64,000 nucleotides of DNA from Eukaryota sp. GEM-RC1 (lineage: Eukaryota). The stretch covers positions 620,001 through 684,000 of the forward strand of contig JAUFOQ010000013.1 of assembly GCA_040285855.1 (NCBI GenBank), written 5' to 3'. The notes below the pieces were generated by a model. The model worked only from the letters and a program-made list of their open reading frames with translations. It made no database searches and was not told the DNA's origin. Shown in pieces: positions 22,109 through 35,230 of this stretch. Every line of letters starts with the position of its first letter. Position 1 is the stretch's first letter. Made by a program: the position numbers and the translations under genes.

Positions 22109-22977
22109 GAATCAAATTCATTTCTAGACACATAAAATGGAGTATGTTCAAAAATAGACACTTAACAAATTTCTTCTCACATACACTTTACAACATGGAT
22201 AGCAACCAAAGACAACATACTACAATTGCCCAGGGAAGCAGCTTTGCAAACAAAGAAGACTTGGTCTATCAACACAATCTTTATACAGCTGGACAAAAAG
22301 AAGAACTCGTGTAGTGAACAGCAGCAAAAAACGCTGGAGTGTTAAATGCAAGACCGACAGCGATTGCAACTACCATCTACATGCATCTTCACGTCGTGAT
22401 GAAGATTCTGCAGCTGTGGAGAATGGAAAAGAATAGGGATTGTTTGTGTTCATGTGCTTGCGGTGCTGTTAGCTCAAAGACTGGATTATAGTGAGTTTTG
22501 TGAAGAATTTTATACCACAGAACAATACTGCAAAACCTATGAAATTGGTTTGATGCCAGTAGCTTCTCGTCAGGAATGGGTTCCGGAAAATCTTGATGAA
22601 CCCGTATTGCCAGAACTTCAACCTCCTACAGGCAATAGACAGTCCGGAAGAGGACGCAGACAAGTGAATCGGCGAAGAGGGCTAGGAGGAAGATGAATGT
22701 GTTATTGATGTTGATATTGTTGTACTATAGTCTTTAGATGTTCAGATATGTATAAATCTGGTTTATTGTGATGTAAATAGAGACATCTTGATATCGAAAA
22801 CAGCAGGAAATACAAAGAAAGATAACAACAGAACAAATGCAGCAGAAGACTTGATCTTCACAGTGTCTATTTCTGAACCCTCTCTTAAAAAAGTATGTCT
22901 ATAATTGTGTAACATTGAACGTGTGGTGTCTATTTTTGGCGGTGTGGAAATCAGGTGTCTATTTTTGCAGTTGTCCC
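22109..22977 (+). mobile_element. Non-autonomous Mutator-like element (MULE) with transposase SWIM fragment
   Basis: Perfect 9-bp TSD ttacgattt (22100-22108 and 22978-22986). Degenerate TIRs with tagacac and caaaaatagacac at matching offsets. Internal FCSCGEWKRIGIVCVHVLAVL (SWIM motif) and ...ELQPPTGNRQSGRGRR. Confidence 0.82.
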
Positions 22978-23135
22978 TTACGATTTTCTCATGGCCTCGT
23001 CCCCTCACTATTTTCCTCGCCTCAAACGTTTGGTCCTTTCTGTTGAAGCTAGTATCGATTTCTCTGAGGATTCAAATGATCCACTTAAAGATGTTGTCAA
23101 CAAGGGAGCAGTGGCATTATTTGAAGGGTTGAAAG

Positions 23136-24070
23136 TATAGATGGGAGCCGGCTCAAAATTTGATCACGGCTCAGACGCAGGCATTAGCCAGCCGGCTGCG
23201 GCTTACAGCACATATTAGCCAGCTCAAGCCGGCTCAAGCCGGCTCAGCCTCATGCAGTTTTGTTTCGTGTATTTAGACTGACTGCTTAAAAGTTTTATTG
23301 CCTTGTCGGTTGATATACCAGTAAAATGATACAAAACCATTGTTAAAGACAACTACACCGAGTTTCAGAACGACACAATACTTACACCTTTGATCAGTAC
23401 ATTCCAGTTTTCACAGATTTTACATGTGACATATTTTTGAGATTATCACTTATAAACTTGACGTTGAATAGTTAGTAATTACTTGAATCTGTGAAACAAT
23501 CGTAACACCACTATGGAATTGTCTGTCTACCTAATATGAGAAAACAGTACAGTACATGTAGTACTTTTGAGAAGGAGCTTAATTGGTACAAAAGAAACAA
23601 AGTTGTTGGCAAAAAATCTCTGACAGAATCCAGGTTTTTTACGGTGTCAGAACACAGGTACAACCGTTTTAAATGGAAATACAAGATGTAAAAGACATAT
23701 AAAGTGTCAGAAACATCCATTGCGACAATGTACCTAAGGCATTAAATGTATTGTAAGTGCCCCGGAGAAACACAGTAGGGCCATTATTCGGCACATATCA
23801 ACTATTTTCACCAATTCTATTTTTGCTCGAACGTTGATAAACATTAGTAGCCCTACAATGTTCTGATGTGCGCTGTAAATGATTATTTTCGATTTCTAAA
23901 TTCATTATTCGTTCTTTATTAGCTGCGTTTTCAGCTAAAATATTCGGCTTGAGCCGGCTCAATATCTTTTCAGCCAGCCGGCTTGCAGCTGGAAATATTT
24001 CTATTCTGGACCAGTCGGCTGGCTCGGCTAGCCGGCTAAGCCGGCTAAATTGAGCCGGCTCCCATCTCTA
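23136..24070. mobile_element. hAT-type MITE (935 bp)
   Basis: 21-bp TIRs tatagatgggagccggctcaa and ttgagccggctcccatctcta (1 mismatch); perfect 8-bp TSD gttgaaag; AGCCGGCT subterminal repeats. Confidence 0.92.
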
Positions 24071-25234
24071 GTTGAAAGGGAATTCCACAGTTACTGAGAT
24101 TACTCTAATAAGAAACTCTCTTGGTAATGATAAAATCTGATCATTTACACATGATTTGCAGTTCAATTCCACAATTACTTCAGTTTCTGTTGAGAACAAC
24201 CTTTTCAGTAAGATCTGTATCTGTGAGCTCTGAGCGAAAATTCAACCATTTGTGAACTTTATTTGGATAATAACGCTATTGGCAGTGATAATGCGGTGCA
24301 ATTAGCTGAAGCGTTTATGATTCACCCCACCCTTTCCGTTCTTCAAATTACTTATTAATTAAGTTACTGAGTTGTGTTTGGACAACAACGGTATCGATTC
24401 CACTACCTCTGAAGAGATCAAGGGAATCTTCAATGATCGTATTCTGTAATTAAGCTTTACTTATTTATGAGTATTTTGTTTCTGTGTTCTTCCTGTTTTG
24501 TGTTTAATTAAATTAATCTATTTTTTTTAGAATTGACTTTGTCATTGACAGTGTACATAGCATTTTGATCTGTTATTAATAGAAAGGAACAATGTAAGAA
24601 TGAGGAATTATGATTCTAGTTCTACAAAACAAATGTTATAAATACGGGCACAAGTTCTTCATATTTAGAACAATATGTATATAAAGACAAAAGTGGAATT
24701 GACAATTTTCCAGTCCACATTGGGTAAATTGACAAAACCCAACACGACAATATCATCTCACACGATCCTCAAATTAGCTAAGCCACCCCTCTTCTTCTTT
24801 TCCCATCCTTTTTTCCTTCTTTTCCCTTCACGATGCATTTGATTACTGTCATTATTCAAAACACTCAATCAATAGGATTCAAGTGATTAAAAGCAATTCA
24901 CAGTACAATTACAGTTCCTTTATTGGAAGGGTATTGACTAAATCCACTTCTTTTCACCCCAATACAATGTAGAATAGGGGTAATCTCCTGTAAGTGCTAA
25001 TAAATACAAATGACATAACCACCTCTATGTCTTCCAACATTGGAAATCAATCTTTGGCTCAATCATAATTCTTAACACTTTCTCATTCTAAATTCCAAGC
25101 ATTTGAACTTTGGTCTAAAATTGATATAGCTTCGAATTATCCAGATTAAACTAAGGATATGACCAAGAATCTTAACAATGATAATTAATAAAGAAAATAG
25201 ATAGATCCTCATTGATCTCGTAACCATTCAACAC

Positions 25235-25663
25235 TCACCTCCGTAACCTCCTTGAAGAAACAAGTGGTCTAATAATTGGTCCTTCATTAACAACCCTTGC
25301 AGATCCTTGAGGAGCAGGGATCGTCTGGACAGACTTAGAGCATAGAGAGGAAGTGGAAACGTTGAAGATTGGTGCCATGTTCTGTACAAGTTGTTCATCA
25401 CATTTGTGAGAATCATGTGAGGAGAGAAAAGGAGTGGATGAGATACAAGAGCATTCATTCAATGAACCAAAGGTAATGGCATGAAGACCAAGAGAATTGC
25501 CAGAAGGATCATAGCTAAGTCTGTGGAGAAGAACCTCGCTTCGTTTGAGTAAATCTTCATCAATTTCAGATGAGAAAGATGGAGATTCGTTTTGAGGAGA
25601 AATGGATCCCGATGAAGCAAGCTGGAACCTGAACAATTCCTTAGCAGCAGGATTCAAAGCCAT
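25235..25663 (-). CDS. Repeat-unit ORF of unknown function (142 aa), copy 1; possibly a transposase C-terminal remnant
   Basis: ATG-initiated MALNPAAKELFRFQLASSG...RRLRR, intact in all four copies. A frameshifted SWIM-like trace (DVLHDTCT...GGACKH) lies upstream. Confidence 0.4.
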   Translation of the reverse strand: MALNPAAKELFRFQLASSGSISPQNESPSFSSEIDEDLLKRSEVLLHRLSYDPSGNSLGLHAITFGSLNECSCISSTPFLSSHDSHKCDEQLVQNMAPIFNVSTSSLCSKSVQTIPAPQGSARVVNEGPIIRPLVSSRRLRR

Positions 25664-26300
25664 TTGTTTAAGTAGACGAAGGAGAAATCTCTTTCCTCAA
25701 CTACGTCTAGTTAACGTTAGCACCTTATTAGAATCGTTTTGATTCCAGCGATGCTTACAGGCTCCTCCTTTGAGTGCAAGTATCATGCAGTACATCAACA
25801 TCTCCCTCATGTTCATTTGCTTCTTTCTTTGAAACAGATGTACTGTCTGTTTTCTTGAACGCCGTCGACACCTTTAATGTTGATGAACATCTTAGTTAGT
25901 CTCGTGCTATTTCAGGATTGTTAATAGAATTACATGATCGTGTTCCTACCCCAGGTTCTACCCCCCTCCCCCAGATCACGTGATGAGGTCAAAGAACATG
26001 GACTACATCAATGCATAATATCCATACTCAATCGCAATTGCCATGTAAAATCATCCTAAACGTTCCAGAAAACTGTGTTCACTCTTATCGTGGGAAACTT
26101 CCACTACTAGTCATCTTCTTTCTTTAATGTAGGAAATGACATTAAGGAAATCGAATCACTGACTGCCTACTTCAGTCAAGAATTCTTAGAACTTCTTGTT
26201 TGGTGACGTGTGCAATTTCTGTGGTTGTCAATTATGTTTCTTTTTGATGTTTTTCTATTATGTTGCGTTGCTGGAAGAAATTTCCATCATTGTATTTTTT

Positions 26301-27150
26301 TGTTGCCTTTAGGCGTCATTAATGAAAACACACGGGGAAGAAAAGAAGTATGTTATAAAATTAAGCTACAAACAACATTACTCTCTCTCAATCTTCTTCG
26401 TGGAGATCGCTGAGAGGGTTAAAATGCCACTTCGGGGGGAGTTCGTTGAGGCGATGCTAGTCTTAAGGTATTTACCTTCTTGACTTGACGTGAAGGACAA
26501 GTGATATCCATATGACCGGGCTTGTGGCATCGATGGCAATTTCCAGACTTGATATCGTCAGACCTCTATTCTTGTCTAGAATGCTTCATTTTTACATGGT
26601 CGTCTTGAGAGCGCCGAAATCTTTGGGATGTAGAATTCGAAAGCCATAATTCTGCTCTTGAGAGATCAAGAAGCTCTTCGATGTATTGATAAGAGACCTT
26701 AAATCACTAAATACTCCGTCATCAATTCTGGCCATCAATGACTTTCTTTTCGGAAGCCACTGGGAGACATTCCCATAGCAAACTTCTTCAGAAACACTTT
26801 TTCATTTAGTTCACAGAAAGTGTACCTTCAGAAGCAACCGTGTTTAGTACTGCTTTAGCCTGACTTGTTTTGAATTTAGTTGACTCAACATTAGCAGACG
26901 TGTCTTGCATGTACCTCATCAGCTGATTCATCTCTTCGGTGTTGAGCTACTTGCTGTAGGAAAGGTGGTGACCTTTTGACTTTCCCCAACGGGTGGCGTT
27001 TACGTCTGTCTTTTGGAACTCCACCATACAAGATATCCATGTTTGTGGAATTTTTTTTGTTCTTTACGTAACACATATTCCATACGAAAGTTGTCGAAGA
27101 TTACGTTGTTCTGATGGTATCCGAGCAGTTGAGATGTAAACAGCATAGTG
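26301..27150 (-). mobile_element. 3' part of a gag-containing LTR element: gag with CCHC knuckle, PPT and 77-bp LTR (26301-26377)
   Basis: Minus strand GNCHRCHKPGHMDITCPS, stop, then gaagaagattgagagagagtaa followed by a TGTTG...CAACA-bounded 77 bp. Copies 3 and 4 lack it at this site. Confidence 0.65.
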
Positions 27151-27273
27151 GGAGTTTTACTTTATTCCATTTCATACACCGTTTCTTCTTTCCAAACAGT
27201 ACTTCATGATGCAACCTCTTTTACATACATTTAGTTACTTACTGATTGAATTATACACTACAGGTACATTTAT

Positions 27274-27651
27274 CTAGTTACTAGTACAAGATCTTTTGCT
27301 ATGACCTTTTCCTCCACATTTACCACATGTATATGTTCGTTTTGGTGGAAGCTGGTCAGAAGATCCGTGATCTTTGCGAGGTTTTCCAGCAGATGTCGGT
27401 TCGGCTTCTTTCTTCATTCGTACTACTCCTGGTCTACCAACTCTTGGCTTTGCAATAGGTGGTCCATACACAATTCCTTCTACATCTTCATCAAGCAAGT
27501 AATGACGAAGTTGTACATCATCAACAGACAGAATTATCCCTTCATAAGATCGAAAATAGAACAACGTGGTTTGTTGGTTAGCAAAGTACTCGATTCCTCG
27601 TAGAGTTGATGTCGATAAAAACAGGTTCTGTACGTCGACGTTTCTTTCCAA
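27274..27651 (-). pseudogene. MULE/MuDR-type transposase C-terminal fragment (also about 31382-31770 and 39011-39390)
   Basis: YFRSYEGII...GPPIAKPRVGRPGVVRMKK...KRTYTCGKCGGKGHSKRSC: a PP..GRP motif plus CCHC knuckle, typical of MuDR C-termini. Confidence 0.65.
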
Positions 27652-28295
27652 TGATCATGTTTGAGTATTTGTGGATTTTAGTATGAAAAAAGTTGTAAAG
27701 TGCATTTATTGATTTTGATTAAAAATGTTGTAACCTTGTGGATCTTATTGTTTTTCCTACTAATAACTGCATGTAACTACCAATACTAATAGTTCCAAAA
27801 AAAATTCAAAAATTAGAATACATATATTATGTATTTCACATTCCACTAGTATGAGACTCATACTATGAGTTTAAATGATGTTAATTCATGTATCAAAAAA
27901 CAAAGTGTTTTGTAGTTGGACTAGACAATGCAGAATTTACATTGCTTTATTATTACTTCCGTAATTTTTGAAATTATGTTAAAAATGAGACCTTTGTTTC
28001 ATATATTTGTTTTATAATTAACTATTTGCCATAATCGCCATCGATTCTTGCTAATTCAAGACTCATTACAATAACACAAGACAAAGAATACGTTTTGAGA
28101 AAATAGCAGAACTTAGAATAAACTTAAATGCACTTCAGAAAGACACAAGTCCAACTACTTTACACAGTATCAGAGAAGATCCAGAGTATAACTCAATCAC
28201 AAAATACAAAAAAAGGCATTTGATTTACAACAAAACTTAAAAAAACACATAAAGAATGTTCAAAACAGTGTATAACACATACACCTAATTCGAAC

Positions 28296-28930
28296 TCAAG
28301 CCAATTTCCTCAATGTACAACAAGAAGGAAGTTCAAAGTGGTGTTTTGCAAAGTAGGAACAAAAAACACGTCTAACTAAAGGATTATCGAAAAGAACACC
28401 ATCTTGGAGTTCAGTGTACGTTAAAATGTCTCTTTCCACAAGAAAAGAAAAGCTGGAGCACAAATTAGAAGGAAAGTCGTTGAAGGACAACTCCTCCATA
28501 TCATTGTGAGTCTTTTCGGTGATCATTTGCAATAGCTCAAATGCATCAGGATTCGAAATTCTTAAATTCATCACGTCAAAAGTTAACTCTCCTCAATGAC
28601 TACGCAAGCTTATAGGAGATGATTTGTAACGAATAAGTAGGGATATTGGTGGTCATAAATTGTTTTTGAAGATTGTTTCGAATACTCAAGGTTTGATGTA
28701 GAAGTAAGATCTTGAATAGTTTCAGTGCTAGGATGAGACAACCAGTTCAGAACTGTAATTTTAAAGGGTTGAACAAACGTCGATATACGAAAAGATTTGA
28801 AGTTACAAAAAATACTGGATAATGACGAGAAAAATCAGATTCAAATGTTCTAAGTAGACCTAACAATAACGAATTAGTTGAAACGTCTTGAACGTCATCA
28901 ACAACCAGTTTGAATTCGTTACTATCAAGA
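28296..28930 (-). pseudogene. Decayed P-loop ATPase fragment from Walker B onward (also about 33216-33870 and 41119-41740)
   Basis: EFKLVVDDVQDV (Walker B), PVFFVTSN (sensor-like), then a helical region ending VLFDNPLVRRVF. Homologous to 37569-38100. Confidence 0.55.
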
Positions 28931-29005
28931 ACACTAGTTCTTTAAAAAAGTTAATAAAAAAGATTAAAACAACAAGAACAATTGAGCCTTTAACAACCAA
29001 AGAAA

Positions 29006-29434
29006 TCACCTCCGTAACCTCCTTGAAGAAACTAGTGGTCTAATAATTGGTCCTTCATTAACAACCCTTGCAGATCCTTGAGGAGCAGGGATCGTCTGGA
29101 CAGACTTAGAGCATAGAGAGGAAGTGGAAACGTTGAAGATTGGTGCCATGTTCTGTACAAGTTGTTCATCACATTTGTGAGGATCATGTGAGGAGAGAAA
29201 AGGAGTGGATGAGATACAAGAGCATTCATTCAATGAACCAAGAGTAATGGCATGAAGATCAAGAGGATTGCCAGAAGGATCATAGCTAAGTCTGTGGAGA
29301 AGAACCTCGCTTCGTTTGAGTAAATCTTCATCAATTTCAGATGAGAAAGATGGAGATTCGTTTTGAGGAGAAATGGATCCCGATGAAGCAAGCTGGAACC
29401 TGAACAATTCCTTAGCAGCAGGATTCAAAGCCAT
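29006..29434 (-). CDS. Repeat-unit 142-aa ORF, copy 2
   Basis: Differs from copy 1 by 4 substitutions (NPLDLHAITLG, HDPH). Confidence 0.4.
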   Translation of the reverse strand: MALNPAAKELFRFQLASSGSISPQNESPSFSSEIDEDLLKRSEVLLHRLSYDPSGNPLDLHAITLGSLNECSCISSTPFLSSHDPHKCDEQLVQNMAPIFNVSTSSLCSKSVQTIPAPQGSARVVNEGPIIRPLVSSRRLRR

Positions 29435-30073
29435 TTGTTGAAGTGTAGACGAAAAGAGAAATCTCTTTCCCAACTACATCTAGTTAACGTTAGCACCTTA
29501 TTAGAATCGTTTTGATTCCAGCGATGCTTACAGGCTCCTCCTTTGAGTGCAAGTATCATGCAGTACATCAACATCTCCCTCATGTTCATTTGCTTCTTTC
29601 TTTGGAACAGATGTACTGTCTGTTTTCTTGAACGCCGTCGACACCTTTAATGTTGATGAACATCTTAGTTAGTCTCGTGCTATTTTAGGATTGTTAATAG
29701 TATTACATGATCGTGTTCCTACCCCAGGTTCTACCCCCCTCCCCCAGATCACGTGATGAGGTCAAAGAACATGGACTACATCAATGCATAATATCCATAC
29801 TCAATCGCAATTGCCATGTAAAATCATCCTAAACGTTCCAGAAAACTGTGTTCACTCTTATCGTGGGAAACTTCCACTACTAGTCATCTTCTTTCTTTAA
29901 TGTAGGAAATGACATTAAGGAAATCGAATCACTGACTGCCTACTTCAGTCAAGAATTCTTAGAACTTCTTGTTTGGTGACGTGTGCAATTTCTGTGGTTG
30001 TCAATTATGTTTCTTTTTGATGTTTTTCTATTATGTTGCGTTGCTGGAAGAAATTTCCATCATTGTATTTTTT

Positions 30074-31000
30074 TGTTGCCTTTAGGCGTCATTAATGAAA
30101 ACACACGGGGAAGAAAAGAAGTATGTTATAAAATTAAGCTACAAACAACATTACTCTCTCTCAATCTTCTTCGTGGAGATCGCTGAGAGGGTTAAAATGC
30201 CACTTCGGGGGGAGTTCGTTGAGGCGATGCTAGTCTTAAGGTATTTACCTTCTTGACTTGACGTGAAGGACAAGTGATATCCATATGACCGGGCTTGTGG
30301 CATCGATGGCAATTTCCAGACTTGATATCGTCAGACCTCTATTCTTGTCTAGAATGCTTCATTTTTACATGGTCGTCTTGAGAGCGCCGAAATCTTTGGG
30401 ATGTAGAATTCGAAAGCCATAATTCTGCTCTTGAGAGATCAAGAAGCTCTTCGATGTATTGATAAGAGACCTTAAATCACTAAATACTCAATCATCAATT
30501 CTGGCCATCAATGACTTTCTTTTCGGAAGCCACTGGGAGACATTCACATAGAAAACTTCTTCAGAAACACTTTTTCATTTAGTTCACAGAAAGTGTTCCT
30601 TAAGAAGCAACCGTGTTTAGTACTACTTTAGCTTGACTTGTTTTGAATTTAGTTGACTCAACATCAGCAGACTTGTCTTGCCTGTACTTCATCAGCTGAT
30701 TCATCTCTTCGGTATTGAGCCATTTGCTGTAGGAAAGGTGGTGACCTTTTGACATTCCCCCAACGGGTAGCGTTTACGTCTGTCTTTGGGAACTCCGCCA
30801 CACAAGATATCCATGTTTGTTGAATTTTTTTGTTCTTTACGTAACACAGGCTCCATGCGAAAGTTGTCCACGATTTCTTTGTTCTGCTGGTATCCGAGCA
30901 GTTGAGATGTAAACAGTATAGTGGGGAGAGGATGAAGTGGATTTGAATCAGTAGGAGTCACAAGAGAAATAGATGAAACGGAATTTCTTGGGCACAACTT
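30074..31000 (-). mobile_element. Second, longer copy of the gag-PPT-77-bp-LTR fragment (LTR 30074-30150)
   Basis: Near-identical to 26301-27150, with extra gag 5' sequence beyond 30925. Confidence 0.62.
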
Positions 31001-31964
31001 TCATGTCACTTTTTACTAGTACTTTTGTTGGAGGAATATTTCTTCAGAACTTAGATAGTATTCTTATAACAGGAATGTGTATTTGTACAAAACGACTAAG
31101 ACTAAGTATTAATAAGGGACAACACCAAATTCAACAAAGTTCTATATTTTTAATCAAAATCCACAAAGATTCGATGAGAGACAATTTAGAATCCACAGTA
31201 TCTCAACTCTATGTTAAAAAAACCACAAATGACTTGATGACGTATTATGTGATTGTTCCACTTTATTCCATTCCATATACCGTTTCTTCTTTCGGTTGAT
31301 GCATCCATTCTAGTTGATGTATCCTCTTTTACATACATTTAGTTACTTACTGATTGAAATATACACTACAGGTACATTTATCTAGTTACTAGTACAAGAT
31401 CTTTTGTTATGATCTTTTCCTCCTTGTTTACCACATGTATATGTTCGTTTTGGTGGAAGCTGGTCAGAAGATCCGTGATCTTTGCAAGGTTTTCCAGTAG
31501 ATGTCGGTTCGGCTTCTTTCTTCATCCGTGCAATCTTCGGTCTACCAACTCTTGGCTTTGCAATAGGTGGTCCATGCACAATTACTTCTGAAGGAAATTG
31601 ATGATGAGGTCATCATCAAGCAAGTAATGACGAAGTTGTACATCATCAACAGACAGAATTATCCCTTCATAAGATCGAAAATAGAACAACGTGGTGTGTT
31701 GGTTAGCAGAGTACTAGATTCCTCGTAGAGTTGATGTCGATAAAAACAGGTTCTGTACGTCGACGTTTCTTTCCAATGATCACGCTTGAGTATTTGTGGA
31801 TTCTAGTATGAAAAAGTTGTAAAGTGCATTTATTGATCTTGATTAAAAATGTTGTAACCTTGTGGATTTTATTGTTTTTTCTACTAATAACTGCATGTAA
31901 CTACCAATACTAATAGTTCCAAAAAAAAATCAAAAATTAGAACACATATATTATGTATTTCACA

Positions 31965-32754
31965 TAGGGATGTTAAATGGTTCAGTTCAGAACCGGTTCA
32001 GTCGGTTCAGTTCAGTTCATTGAACCGGTTCTGAACCGGTTCTGAACCGATCATTTTTAGATGGTTGAACTAACACATTAAAATACAATTATATTAGCAC
32101 ATGTGTTTTTGATAAGGCACTACAGATGTAAATCCATAAAAAATGGTACGTTTATTGAGAAGTTGTAGGTCTATGTACACTGTATATTGTTTCCTTCCAC
32201 CTAGACTCATTTTACTTATCTTCAAAATCTTCTCTTAACATGATGGACATCTCTGACGATGATTTGTCGTGTTACAGTGTTTCTGATAACACTGATGACT
32301 CTCAGAATGTTGCTGTTACTATCGATGACTATTCGTCTGTCATTAATTCCACATTAAACCAACAAACAGTCTTATCCTCGTTTATCATCTTTATTTTTCT
32401 CAATAGCTTCTATTCAACCCACTAGTGTTGCATCTGAACGTTTATTTTCACTTTCTGGACTTATTGCCAATAAGACGAGGCGAAATTAAGTGAAAGAGTC
32501 TGTACAATCTCTTGTATGTTTGGACTCATGGCTTAAATCAAACCTAGATTAGTACATGTAGATAACTCTAACTCTATTTTCAAGCTAATAAATTTATGTT
32601 TTCGTTCACTTTATTGACACATTTGAGTTGAATTCTGTTATTGAGTACACTTATTAAACTGAACCACGGTTCAGAACCGGTTCAGTACCGGTTCATACTA
32701 GTAGTGAACTGAACTGAACTGAACTGAACTGAACCGAACCATTTAACATCCCTA
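31965..32754 (+). mobile_element. Internally deleted hAT element (790 bp)
   Basis: TIRs tagggatgttaaatggttc and gaaccatttaacatcccta; perfect TSD atttcaca; empty site at about 27833-27840 in copy 1. Internal hAT dimerisation remnant IQPTSVASERLFSLSG...LVCLDSWL; GTTCA/TGAAC subterminal repeats. Confidence 0.93.
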
Positions 32755-33939
32755 ATTTCACATCTACTAGTATGAGACTCATACTATGAGTTTAAATGAT
32801 GTTAATTCATGTATCAAAAAACAAGCTGTTTTGTAGTTGGACTAGACAATGCAGAATTTACATTGCTTTATTATTACTTCCGTAATTTTTAAAATTATGT
32901 TAAAAATGAGACCTTTGTTTCATATATTTGTTTTATAACTAACCATTTGACATAATTGCCATCGATTCTTGCTAATTCAAGACTCATTACAATAACACAA
33001 GACAAAGAATACTCTTTGAGAAAATAGCAGAACTTAGAATAAACTTAAATGCACTTCAGAAAGAAACAAACCCAACTGCTTTACACAGTATCAGAGAAGA
33101 TCCAGAGTATAACTAAATCACAAAATACAAAAGAGGCATTGGATTTACAACAAAACTTAAAAAAACACATAAAGGATGTTTAAAACAGTGTATAAAACAT
33201 ACACCTAATTCGAACTCAAGACAATTTTCTCACATTGTGAAACTGTACTACAAGAAGGAAGTTCAAGGTGGTGTTTTGCAAAGTAGGAGCAAAAACACGT
33301 CTAACTAAAGGATTATCGAAAAGAACACCATCTTGGAGTTCAGTGTACGTTAAAATGTCTCTTTCCACAAGAAAAGAAAAGCTGGAGCACAAATTAGAAG
33401 GAAAGTCGTTCAAGGACAACTCCTCCATATCATTGTAAGTCTATTCAGTGATCAATTGCAATAGCTCAAATGCATCAGGATTCGAAATTCTTAAATTCAT
33501 CACGTCAAAAGTTAACTCTCCACAATGACTACGCAAGCTTATAGGAGATGATTTGTAACGATTAAGTAGGGATATTGGTGGTCATACATCTTTTTGAAGA
33601 TTGTTGTCGAATACTCAAGGTTTGATTTAGAAGTAAGATTTTGAATAGTTTCAGTGCTAGGATGAGACAACCAGTTCACAACTGTAAGTTTACCAACTAA
33701 AGGGTTGATCAAACGTCGATTAACGAAAAGATTTGAAGTTACAAACAATACTGGATAATAACGAGAAAAATCAGATTCAAATGTTCTAAGTAGATCTAAC
33801 AATAACAAATTAGTTGAAACAGCATGAACGTCATCAACAACCAGTTTGAATTCGTTACTATCAAGAACACTACTTCTTTAAAAAAGTTAAAAAAAGACTA
33901 AAACAACAACAAGAAGTGTGCCTTTAACAATCAAAGAAA

Positions 33940-34368
33940 TCACCTCCGTAACCTCCTTGAAGAAACAAGTGGTCTAATAATAGGTCCTTCATTAACAACC
34001 CTTGCAGATCCTTGAGGAGCAGGGATCGTCTGAACAGACTTAGAGCATAGAGAGGAAGTGGAAACGTTGAAGATTGGTGCCATGTTTTGTACAAGTTGTT
34101 CATCACATTTGTGAGAATCATGTGAGGAGAGAAAAGGAGTGGATGAGATACAAGAGCATTCATTCAATGAACCGAGGGTAATGGCATGAAGACCAAGAGG
34201 ATTGCCAGAAGGATCATAGCTGAGTCTGTGGAGAAGAACCTCGCTTCGTTTGAGTAAATCTTCATCAATTTCAGATGAGAAAGATGGAGATTCGTTTTGA
34301 GGAGAAATGGATCCCGATGAAGCAAGCTGGAACCTGAACAATTCCTTAGCAGCAGGATTCAAAGCCAT
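33940..34368 (-). CDS. Repeat-unit 142-aa ORF, copy 3
   Basis: Intact and near-identical to the other copies. Confidence 0.4.
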   Translation of the reverse strand: MALNPAAKELFRFQLASSGSISPQNESPSFSSEIDEDLLKRSEVLLHRLSYDPSGNPLGLHAITLGSLNECSCISSTPFLSSHDSHKCDEQLVQNMAPIFNVSTSSLCSKSVQTIPAPQGSARVVNEGPIIRPLVSSRRLRR

Positions 34369-35230
34369 TTGTTTAAGTAGACGAAGGAGAAATCTCTTTC
34401 CTCAACTACGTTTGGTCTAGTTAACGTTAGTACCTGATTAGAATCGTTTTGGTTCCAGCGATGCTGACAGGCTCCTCCTTTGAGTGCAAGTATCATGCAG
34501 TACATCAACATCTCCCTCATGTTCATTTGCTTCTTTCTTTGGAACAGATGTACGGCCTGTTTTCTTGAATGCCGTCGACACCTTTAATGTTGATGAACAT
34601 CTTAGTTAGTCTCGTGCTATTTCAGGATTGTTAATAGAATTACATGATCGTTCTTCTGCCCCGGGGTCTACCCCCTCCCAGATCACGTGATGAGGTCAAA
34701 GAACATGGACTACATCAATGCTACATAATATCCATACTCAATCGGAATTACCATGTAAAATCATCCTAAAAGTTCCAGAAAACTGTGGTCACTATTATCT
34801 TGGGTAACTTCCACTACCAGTCATCTTCTTTCTTTAATGCAGGAAATTACATTAAGGAAATCGAATCATTGACTGGCCAGTCAAGATTTCTTAGAACTTC
34901 TTGTTTGGTGACGTGTGCATTTTCAGGGGTTGTCAGTTTCTTTTCTGTTTGATGATTTACTGTTTACAAAATCAATCAATTTTGATTGATTCATTGTTGA
35001 TGTGATGGAAGAAATTTCCAACACTTTATTTTGCCCCTTTTGATATTTAAAACTAACGTATTCCAATCCATCTGATGAATCAATTATTTTTGATTGGTGT
35101 GCTTGGAGAACTGGATTCCTTTAATGTGTTCTCTTGTTTATATAGGAAAAGATCTGGATGTGAGGAACTGTGCTTTTCAGTTCGTTTGGATAATTTACCA
35201 CCTCACTAATTCTTTTCACTCACTCAATAA

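Larger units (their letters stand above)
21609..24450 (+). pseudogene. RI-like LRR gene disrupted by two DNA transposons and internal stops
   Basis: Removing 22109-22977 and 23136-24070, each with one TSD copy, restores VLNYDFLMASSPHYFPRLKRLVL and GAVALFEGLKGNSTVTEITLIRNSLG. Further degenerate LRR units follow (ICELYLDNNAIGSDNAVQLAEAF). Confidence 0.72.
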
